Shown here: one piece after another, positions 43,455 to 51,529 of the stretch
How the letters are laid out: each line of letters opens with the position of its first letter
Numbering within the stretch: position 1 is the stretch's first letter
Assembly (NCBI GenBank): GCA_050951545.1
Contig: JBMNJG010000006.1
Span: forward strand, 32,001-96,000
Length of the DNA: 64,000 bases
DNA from: Limnochordia bacterium
GTDB lineage: Bacteria > Bacillota > Limnochordia > DTU080
Direction of reading: 5' to 3'
The notes under the pieces: generated by a model
What the model saw: only the letters and a program-made list of their open reading frames with translations
Database searches by the model: none
What the model was told of the DNA's origin: nothing
Made by a program: the position numbers and the translations under genes

Positions 43455-46400
43455 TTAGCGGAGCCGGAGTCGCAAGGCCCCCTTAGCCACGGCCTCTGCA
43501 GACAACGTGATCTGCACGCCTTGCTCGCCTATCTGGCATTTCAGCACCTGCCAGTCGCCCTCAGTTGGTAGCTCTTCCGCATCCAGGCACCAGGCTACGC
43601 GCTCACCATCGACTTCAGCTGCAGGCAAAGTGAACTGAAGTGGCGCCGTGGCGAAAACCTGCCACGTGCCATCTTCCTGACGCTCTACATAACCCGTCTG
43701 CATCACTTGCCAACTCTCGCCGCTAGCGAAGGGGAAGCCGCCAAGATGATCCTGGGTGACTATACGCGTCATGCCGCCTTCGAACGTCACCTTGCGCACT
43801 GGGTAGGCGGTCTGCTTCTTAGCGTCGGAGACGAAGACCTCGTGCCCCTCCAGAGCAGCCAACTCAGGGTGGATCCCCTCGATCGAGAAGCCATCAGTGG
43901 TGCTATCGGCGATGGCTCCCTGCAGAGCATCGTCCTCAGCGAGCAGCCGGAGGCCGTACTCACCAATGCTGATGCCCCTTCCACCGATCACGCCGAGAAT
44001 GTCTAGGCCAGAAGTCTGCAGTGAAGCCACGCCCGCCAGACCCTGGAATGACAGCTTCCCGTGCTGGGTATCCGCTGTGACGGTCTGGGGGTGGAGCCCA
44101 TGCAGCAGGTAGTCCCTATGGGCACCTGCCGTGACAACCACTGCCGCAGTGCCCTCAGCACCGCTCACCTGCTCACCTGTCAGTTCCAGAGCCCGTGCCT
44201 CTTGCACCAGAGGTTCACTGGAATAGCCCTCATATAGGCTCAGGTAACGGCTCTCCAGCGTATCAGTGGCAGCGTCTCGCCGCCGAATCACGAACGGCAG
44301 TGTGGTATACGGATCCTTGCTGGCCCGCTGACCCCATCCGTCAGCGATGAGGACCTGCTCATCGCCAGCCGCTATAGCCAGGGTTTGCAGGCGCCCGGTC
44401 CCCGTACGCCACTGCAGCCGCCAATCGCTGGCCTGCCCGCCACGCACGTTTGTAAACTGGTAGCGCGCCAGGGACGTGCTGTCCTCCTGGAGCTCAAGCC
44501 CTTCTGTCTCAAAGCGCTGACCTGGACCGTGAAACACCAGGTCATGCCGGTCGCCGCCCTGCACTCGGAAAACATCAAAGACGTAGCTATTCTCGCCCGG
44601 ATGCTCCATCTGGGCCACGAAGCGCCGGTAGATAGAGGCCCGAGGATAGGCCTGCGAAGTGCCCTCAGTCACTTTGTAGCGCCCCAGCGGGTGGAAGAGC
44701 TCTACATCACCGCCCCGGCTCATGGTGCGCTGGTCGCTCTCGTTAACCACCACCAAGTTGTGTGCCACCGACCGACGAGTCATGTACGCCTGCGGATGGT
44801 CCCACAGGTACCCGAGATCGGAGAGCAACTCCTGCCCGTCCTTCCAGTAGTAAAGGTCTAAGCTATCCAGGTGATGGTGGCCTCCCCAGTCCGAAATATT
44901 GAGGACCGCAGTGGCGTCCTTACCCCTGTCTCCCGCGCGTAGGTAGGCCAAGCGCCAGTCAGGGAACACCACATCTGGAAACTTGAGCGAGGGTGCGGCA
45001 CCGATGTCAAGGGAAGCATCGCGGTACATCATCAGAAGAAAGAGACTGCCCAGGCGCGTCCGCAGTAGGGCTCTGAACTCAGGTACCTCAAAGCGCACTG
45101 CCATGAGCAGGGTCATTATCTCCGACAGAGTACTTGTCGTGTAGGAGTCAGCAATTGGTGGGTAGCACAGGCTCGGGAGTAGACTGGCATACATGCACTC
45201 CCAGACGGCCTGGTACTTCGCGTCGCGATAGATGTCCAGGTTGTCATAGCGCAAACCGTAAACGTCCTTGTAGCCTGGAGGGTCGCTGTAGCCGTAGAGA
45301 ACCTCCCCGAGCTGCCAGAATGAGTTCAGTACCATCAGCCCATAGGCCGGGCTCTCAGAGGTCGCCCCGTCGGCGAGAAACCACTCATCGAGCGTACGGC
45401 GCAAGCCATCGAGGCCCCAGCGGACCAGTTCTGGGTCGCCGACCGTCGCCCCAATGGCCGCCACGGCTGTGCGGGCCGAGATGGTCTTGTTGTTGATCAC
45501 GTCATTCGCCAGCAACAACTTTGTACCCTCAAGTAACAGATCTGTCTCAATGGTGAGCCGCTCCTGGTATGTGAAGAGCGGACGGTTGTACTCATCCAGG
45601 GCATCGGCCACCAGATCGTAGGCCACGGTGACCGGAAGCAAGAAGCTACCCTCCATGCCTGAACCCGTCGCCCGCCCAGCCATCCAGTGTCCTGCGTGGA
45701 GTTGCCGGTTGGGACGGTTGGGAGGTACAACCAACTCATCCACTGGCAGCGCAGTAATATTCCCTGCCGCCTCCAAGGCATCGATATCCGCAAACTCATG
45801 GTAGCCAGAGTGCACCAGGTAGTTCGGGTAGACCTCGGCAAAGCGACTTAAAATCGTCTTCGCCTGCTTGGCATAGGCAATCTCACCTGTTATCGCGTAG
45901 AGCAGGCCCAGATCCTGCACCCGAGCCGCCATGTAGTTTACCTTGCAGGCTCTGATGTGGCCCGAAAATGAAGTAGCCAACGGAAAACCGCTGAACTCCC
46001 AGTTCTTGCTGCGGTGGAAGGTGAGCCGTTGCTCTTTCCCTTTGGAGGTGGCCACTATCACGATATCCTCAGGGAAATCGTCGTTGGGGAACTGACGGCC
46101 ACTCGATCGCTCAATGATCACATCAGGGGCGTAGGGCGACCACTGCCAATCTCCATGCGGAAAGCCGCGATCAGACAGCGGCGAGGGTGTCCAGTTCGTG
46201 CTCGTAGGCGTAGTCTCAGGAATCATGTGGGCAATCTGCTCTGGTGTGTAGCTCATCACCAGTGTCACATTGTTCAGGAGCGTGGAGAGGGCCTGGTAGG
46301 TGTAGGCATTCTGCGAGAAATTGCGCTTGGCGTTCTCCATGAATGCTCGCTTATACAAGCTAGCTGGCCGCTCTACCTGGCCACGCCACTCTGCCCAGCG

Positions 46401-47210
46401 CTCTAGACTGAAGGGAACCGAGAGCGGGCCCAACTGGGCCGCAAGCTCCGCCCCTCGCGCCAAGTTCTGCTGGCGCCTGATCTCGTCTAGCTCCTTTCCC
46501 TTCTCCTGTATGTCGCTGTCACCATAGGCGAAAGGTACCCAGACGCTGCGGTTCAGCTCCGTCCCTGCGAAGCCTTCTGAGAAAAGCAGCTCGCCGTCTA
46601 AAGTGACCCGCACGTCTTTGATGCGCGTCGTGCTCCAGCCCCCAGGGTCAGAATAGGGATTGGCCAGATAGGGTTGGCCTCCTGACGCATACCCCTTGCC
46701 CACGATTAGCCAAGGAAGGCCCGCCCCCGGTCGGGGTACGGACGTGAGAAACTGCCACTCCTCCATGTTGGGTGCGGCGTATATGTCCACCGTGTCGCCC
46801 TTCCAGACCAACCGCAGACCATTCCACTCACCCATCTGGGGCCGGACCGCGAACTCCTGTTCACGCACCCAGCTGCCCTCCACCGAGCCTTCCATACGGA
46901 AAATACCGCTGGAGATGCGGATGGCGATCCACTTGTTAGACTCCCAGTACAGATAGATACCGGGTGCCCACGAAGCACCCGGTGACCCCTCTACCTGCAT
47001 CTTAAGCTCCGCCACCAGGGCTTCCGCGGGATCCTTAGACAAGGCCATGGGATGCACTGCAAAGCCGAACAGATTCTGATGGCAATCGATCTGCAAAATC
47101 CCGTCACTTACCTGCAAACGTGAAGTGGTTTGGGCCAACGCGCCGCCCGTGAGCAAAAGGGAAGCAAGCAGTAGACTACACGACCAATGCCAGTGTATCC
47201 GTCGCTTCAT
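43455..47210 (-). CDS. Large secreted heparinase II/III-like protein (1251 aa)
   Basis: Signal peptide (ALA-Q), beta-rich N-terminal domain, helical lyase-like core (DGATSESPAY), WGGHHHLDSL...LSDLGY...AHNLVVVN. Confidence 0.85.
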   Translation of the reverse strand: MKRRIHWHWSCSLLLASLLLTGGALAQTTSRLQVSDGILQIDCHQNLFGFAVHPMALSKDPAEALVAELKMQVEGSPGASWAPGIYLYWESNKWIAIRISSGIFRMEGSVEGSWVREQEFAVRPQMGEWNGLRLVWKGDTVDIYAAPNMEEWQFLTSVPRPGAGLPWLIVGKGYASGGQPYLANPYSDPGGWSTTRIKDVRVTLDGELLFSEGFAGTELNRSVWVPFAYGDSDIQEKGKELDEIRRQQNLARGAELAAQLGPLSVPFSLERWAEWRGQVERPASLYKRAFMENAKRNFSQNAYTYQALSTLLNNVTLVMSYTPEQIAHMIPETTPTSTNWTPSPLSDRGFPHGDWQWSPYAPDVIIERSSGRQFPNDDFPEDIVIVATSKGKEQRLTFHRSKNWEFSGFPLATSFSGHIRACKVNYMAARVQDLGLLYAITGEIAYAKQAKTILSRFAEVYPNYLVHSGYHEFADIDALEAAGNITALPVDELVVPPNRPNRQLHAGHWMAGRATGSGMEGSFLLPVTVAYDLVADALDEYNRPLFTYQERLTIETDLLLEGTKLLLANDVINNKTISARTAVAAIGATVGDPELVRWGLDGLRRTLDEWFLADGATSESPAYGLMVLNSFWQLGEVLYGYSDPPGYKDVYGLRYDNLDIYRDAKYQAVWECMYASLLPSLCYPPIADSYTTSTLSEIMTLLMAVRFEVPEFRALLRTRLGSLFLLMMYRDASLDIGAAPSLKFPDVVFPDWRLAYLRAGDRGKDATAVLNISDWGGHHHLDSLDLYYWKDGQELLSDLGYLWDHPQAYMTRRSVAHNLVVVNESDQRTMSRGGDVELFHPLGRYKVTEGTSQAYPRASIYRRFVAQMEHPGENSYVFDVFRVQGGDRHDLVFHGPGQRFETEGLELQEDSTSLARYQFTNVRGGQASDWRLQWRTGTGRLQTLAIAAGDEQVLIADGWGQRASKDPYTTLPFVIRRRDAATDTLESRYLSLYEGYSSEPLVQEARALELTGEQVSGAEGTAAVVVTAGAHRDYLLHGLHPQTVTADTQHGKLSFQGLAGVASLQTSGLDILGVIGGRGISIGEYGLRLLAEDDALQGAIADSTTDGFSIEGIHPELAALEGHEVFVSDAKKQTAYPVRKVTFEGGMTRIVTQDHLGGFPFASGESWQVMQTGYVERQEDGTWQVFATAPLQFTLPAAEVDGERVAWCLDAEELPTEGDWQVLKCQIGEQGVQITLSAEAVAKGALRLRLR

Positions 47211-47268
47211 GCTCAGGATGACCCCCTTCGCTGCAAATCCCTGGTCTCACAGCAATACTGTCTGGCCT

Positions 47269-48582
47269 CTACTTGTCACCCAAAAGCTGCTTACCCAGGG
47301 TGATTCCCGCATTGATAAGCGCCTCGCCCGTACCGGGACGCAGACGCGTGGAGCGGGGCTCGTAACCGCCCTCTTCGTAGGCCTTGGCCGTGGGCACATA
47401 GCCGAGGTATCCATTAGACAGATTGGCAACCATGCCAAAGGCATCAGGAAAGGCTTCCTTGAAATCAATGCCGAGCTGACAGTACATTTCGCCAGGTCCG
47501 CTCATGATCAGGGCTGGCCCGATGCGCAAGCAGATGACCTCTTGATTGAATTGCAGTGGATCCTGTCTATAGTAATCCGCCCTGCGGGCGTTGACGCCGG
47601 CCACAGCCTTCTCCATACGCCCTACCCGCGGATCATCCAAGGCCTGGCGGCTCTTCTCCAGGAACTCATCAACTGGCATGCGCTCCAGATTCGCATCCAT
47701 CGAAGCGGCCCCGACCTGATCACAGGCAGTTGGGCTTATGCTCACAGCCACCCGCACCGTTTCACCAGCTAGCCCCATACCAATCTCCTCAGTATGCCTT
47801 GGCCAACGCTGCCGCCGCCCAGGGTTGTGAACGTCGTGCTGGTTGATGTCTCCGCTGGCTCCGTTGACCACGACTACGCCGAAGGGTCTCGTGCTACCCT
47901 TGGGCTGCATAGCAGCGCGTATCTTCTCGGCGGCCACCCCCACCCAGTCACCGGAGAAGAGCTTTCCACTCACAGTGTCGCAATGGCAGCCAAAGTGCGT
48001 GACCACGCCGATAGGCACCCCGTCGGGCCCGTCAAAGCGCAGCACAGTAACGTCGGTGTCCACAGGTCCAGCGGGCCTGACGATATCGGGATTGCCTGTC
48101 CCGGGATTCGTGTGTGCGTAACCATTCTTCATGAAAAACCGACGGTTGAATGAGACACCGGGCAGCGAGCCCCGACCAACACCGAGCTTCACATCCACCT
48201 GGTTGCGGAAGGCGATCTCCACCGCGCCAGCAGTAAGCCGCGCCCAGGTCTTCATGTACTCTTCGTCTCGCGTGAACCCCGGTCGGCGATGGACCACTGG
48301 CCCAGTGTGCGTGTGAGTAGCCGAGATCAGCACATGCGTTTCCGGAATGCCCACCCGCGCCTTGACCTGTTCCTTGACCGCCTGCACGTCCTCTGGCAGC
48401 ATCCCCAGCAGGTCCGTGACCACGAGAGCCACCTGCGTGTCATCTTGAGAGACCACGAGAGCCCTCGAGTACAGATCGTCTTTGATGCCCTCTGCTAGCC
48501 GTTCTTCGAAGTAGCCAGCCATTCCCGTTCCCATAGGAGGAGTGATAACTACCTCCCCAAAACCAGCCTGCATTCTATCCAC
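47269..48582 (-). CDS. Neutral/alkaline ceramidase N-terminal-domain family hydrolase
   Basis: ITPPMG..MAGY, DDLYSRALV, ISATHTHTGP, FNRR, FGCHCD, NGASGDIN, GYVPT..AYEEGGYE. Confidence 0.85.
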   Translation of the reverse strand: MDRMQAGFGEVVITPPMGTGMAGYFEERLAEGIKDDLYSRALVVSQDDTQVALVVTDLLGMLPEDVQAVKEQVKARVGIPETHVLISATHTHTGPVVHRRPGFTRDEEYMKTWARLTAGAVEIAFRNQVDVKLGVGRGSLPGVSFNRRFFMKNGYAHTNPGTGNPDIVRPAGPVDTDVTVLRFDGPDGVPIGVVTHFGCHCDTVSGKLFSGDWVGVAAEKIRAAMQPKGSTRPFGVVVVNGASGDINQHDVHNPGRRQRWPRHTEEIGMGLAGETVRVAVSISPTACDQVGAASMDANLERMPVDEFLEKSRQALDDPRVGRMEKAVAGVNARRADYYRQDPLQFNQEVICLRIGPALIMSGPGEMYCQLGIDFKEAFPDAFGMVANLSNGYLGYVPTAKAYEEGGYEPRSTRLRPGTGEALINAGITLGKQLLGDK

Positions 48583-48653
48583 CTACTCCTCTGAATCATG
48601 GTTGGACCGAAAAAGAGTCCAGATAATGACAGTGCCCAGATCACCTTCCTGCT

Positions 48654-48677
48654 TTCCTCGCCCGGAAGCCGATTCCT
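48654..48677 (-). promoter_or_regulatory. SigmaH-like promoter upstream of the ceramidase-like gene
   Basis: AGGA-N17-GAA. Confidence 0.45.
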
Positions 48678-48681
48678 TCGC

Positions 48682-49947
48682 CTAACGCTTGCCCTGCTTC
48701 TCGTAGAACTCTTTCATGATCGCGTTGGCTTGCCTGAAGATCTCTGGTACGGCTACCTCAACTGGAATATCGCCCCGCCACATCTGGGTAACCGTGGACC
48801 CGCTCACCAGGGCACGCGAGTATTCGCTGTAGGCCGGATTGGCCCAGTACTGCTCACCAGCGAAGTCCATGGCCTCGACAAAGGCCACCAAATTCTGCGG
48901 CGGCGTGATCCCTAAGAAAGTACGGCTAGCGATGCCAGTTTGCGTAGGGATGACCGCCCCCAAGGCATGGAACTCCAGAGCCTGTTCAGGCTGCATGATG
49001 AAGCGTACAAAGCTCTTCGCCAGCTCCCTGTTTGGGGAAGTGGCTGATATGGCCCATGTCTCGGGACTGGTGAAGGTGGTTCTGCTGCGCTCACCCTTGT
49101 ACTCGACATAGGGCATGGCCACCACATCCCAATCGAACTGGTCCTGCGCCCGAAACTTGGGCACATCAAAGACGCCGCGGTGCACCATGGCCACCTTGCC
49201 TGCCAGAGCGTTGACTAGGCTATCACCCGATGGAGCATGCACCCCCGTACGCCCTGACCGCATGTCCGCCCAGACGGAGACCCCGGCTAGGCGCAATGGG
49301 TCGCTGGCGATCATTGACCTGCCATCATCGGCGAAGAGCTTTCTACCATATCCCCAGGCCATGTGCGGCCAGTACATCTGCAGACCCCACTGGTCGGGCA
49401 CGCCATCACCAGTCAGGTCACGGGTCAAGGCCTTCCCCATCTGGATAGCGTCATCCCAAGTCCATCCATCACGAGGGAAAGCCAGTCCTGCCTGGCTTAA
49501 GAGGTCTTTGTTGTAGTACACGGTATGGGTGTTGATTCCAAAGGGAATCGCCAGCAGTTGCCCTTGCCAGCGAGAGCTGACCAGGGCCCCAGGGTGAATA
49601 TCCCGAATAGCCGCGTCTTTCGTCCATAGCTCATCCAGCGGCAGTAGGTGATCGTACATGCCGTAGAAATCCATGCCCATCCACATGACATCAACCGGGG
49701 TACCCGCAGCTGTCATGACCAGAAGGGTGTCGTAGTAGTTGCCAGTGATCTTGAGGACCTCCATCTCGACACCGGGATTGCGCTGGCAGAAGCGTTGAGC
49801 CCAGCCATCGTAAACCGGAAAACGCTCCGGCGAACTCCCCCGCATGGAGAAGGTCATCAGTGTCTTGGCCACAGCACCCGCAGTGCCGAAATGCCCTAGG
49901 GCCAGCGCCAACACGACCAATACCACAGACCAGGTTCGTTTCATCAT
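48682..49947 (-). CDS. Sugar ABC transporter solute-binding protein
   Basis: Signal peptide (AVA-K), MTAAGTPVDV, WTWDDA, DLTGDGVPDQWG. Confidence 0.92.
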   Translation of the reverse strand: MMKRTWSVVLVVLALALGHFGTAGAVAKTLMTFSMRGSSPERFPVYDGWAQRFCQRNPGVEMEVLKITGNYYDTLLVMTAAGTPVDVMWMGMDFYGMYDHLLPLDELWTKDAAIRDIHPGALVSSRWQGQLLAIPFGINTHTVYYNKDLLSQAGLAFPRDGWTWDDAIQMGKALTRDLTGDGVPDQWGLQMYWPHMAWGYGRKLFADDGRSMIASDPLRLAGVSVWADMRSGRTGVHAPSGDSLVNALAGKVAMVHRGVFDVPKFRAQDQFDWDVVAMPYVEYKGERSRTTFTSPETWAISATSPNRELAKSFVRFIMQPEQALEFHALGAVIPTQTGIASRTFLGITPPQNLVAFVEAMDFAGEQYWANPAYSEYSRALVSGSTVTQMWRGDIPVEVAVPEIFRQANAIMKEFYEKQGKR

Positions 49948-50218
49948 GTAACCCTCCAATCATGATGACTTGCTTTTCTACTAAGTGCACTGCCATGGTA
50001 TCAGAACAATCGCGTTCTTTGCTGAACCTCGACAGGTGTTACGTTTTTTACTTCCCCATAGATAACCCTACACCCTTTGTGGTAACCCAATTCATCACAT
50101 CGATAATTCGGGGGGGAGAAAACCGTGTCGAGATGGATGATAGTCTTCCTAACCCTGGTGATAGCGATGCCCGAACATACTGTTCGCTTGCTGCAATAGA
50201 GAACCCGAGGCATTTTCC

Positions 50219-50265
50219 GTTGAAAAGACTGCGCAGACCGTGTGGGCAAGTGGCCTGCGCAGTCT
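50219..50265 (-). terminator. Rho-independent terminator (related to 41757-41797)
   Basis: AGACTGCGCAG...CTGCGCAGTCT stem followed by TTTT on the minus strand. Confidence 0.7.
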
Positions 50266-50287
50266 CCTGTGTTTGTCTCTTGACCAG

Positions 50288-51435
50288 CTAGCCCTGCAAC
50301 AGCTGCTGTAATGTATGAAAGGCCCTGGCCAAACCTTCTTTCCCTGGGATGTGCCCGCCATGCTCGATCGATAGATAACCCTGATAGCCCATGTCTTTCA
50401 GTGCGGCAATGGTAACGGCTGTGGGCATGACTCCTTCACCCACAACCGCTGCCTTGTAGAAGCGATTAGGTTGGCCAGGTACTGGAAACGCACCACGCCC
50501 GTGTTCATCGACTACCGTCCAGTCTTTGAGGTGCACATGCCTGATGTCATCGTACAGAATCTCCAGAGCCGCGAGCGGGTCCTCGCCTCCCAGCAGGAAG
50601 TTGCCTCCGTCATAAGTGATCCGGCAATCGGGTGCCGTCTGGAGGAACTCCTTCATGTGCCGAACGCGGCCACGGAACTCCACGTATAACCCTGATAGCC
50701 CATGTCTTTCAGTGCGGCAATGGTAGCGGCTGTGGGCATGACTCCTTCACCCACAACCGCTGCCTTGTAGAAGCGATTAGGTTGGCCAGGCACTGGAAAC
50801 GAACCACGCCCGTGTTCATCGACTACCGTCCAGTCTTTGAGGTGCACATGCCTGATGTCATCGTACAGAATCTCCAGAGCCGCGAGCGGGTCCTCGCCTC
50901 CCAGCAGGAAGTTACCTCCGTCATAAGTGATCCGGCAATCGGGTGCCGTCTGGAGGAACTCCTTCATGTGCCGAACGCGGCCACGGAACTCCACGTGCAT
51001 GCCGTAGTTTTCGTTGGTCACAGTAACCCCTCGTGCCTTGCCATACATAGCACAGGCCTGAAGCCCAGAGGCTATCAGCTCCCGTCCTCGCTCATCTGGA
51101 ACCGCTGGCTTAGGGTTGCCCGGCACGATCATCACTGTGTTACCACCGAGACGAGCAGCTCTATCGATCTCCCGGTTAGTCTTGTCGATCGCCTGAGCTA
51201 GGGCTTCGCTATCCTCACAGACAAAATCCGAAATAATGATGTATGCGGCAAGTTCCAGCCCATGCCGTCGCAGTAGGCCGCGTACCTCATCATCAGACAT
51301 CGCCGCGATTTCCCTATCGGCAATCTCGACGCCGTCTAGACCAAGCTCACCGCAGTAGGAAATGATGTCTTGCACAGTTGCCCTTCCTGCTCGTATGTCA
51401 CGGGAAAACGACATCAGCATTACAGACAGCTTCAT
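50288..51435 (-). CDS. Sugar phosphate isomerase/epimerase (IolE/xylose-isomerase-like TIM barrel), disrupted by an internal duplication
   Basis: GLDGVEI, NENYG, YDGGNF, HVHLKD, GEGVM, YQGYLSIE. The native C-terminus follows the second repeat unit. Confidence 0.88.
50375..50996. repeat. Direct tandem duplication, 2 x 311 bp
   Basis: 50375-50685 and 50686-50996 differ at only 4 positions by manual comparison. Confidence 0.95.
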
Positions 51436-51529
51436 AGAAAGAAGCCGCCACGCACCCCCCCATTGAGCGCGAGGATGGTGGCGGGCTCTCACCTCTTTTC
51501 GTCTTCGAAAGGATCCACCAAACGTGGTC

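Noticed and set aside
50172-50186. LexA (Cheo) box CGAACATACTGTTCG
   Set aside because: The spacer is 5 nt rather than 4, and it is not upstream of a repair gene.
50125-50199. 24-aa hydrophobic ORF with a strong RBS (MSRWMIVFLTLVIAM...), possible type I toxin
   Set aside because: It looks like an orphaned signal-peptide remnant like others here, with no evidence of an antitoxin.
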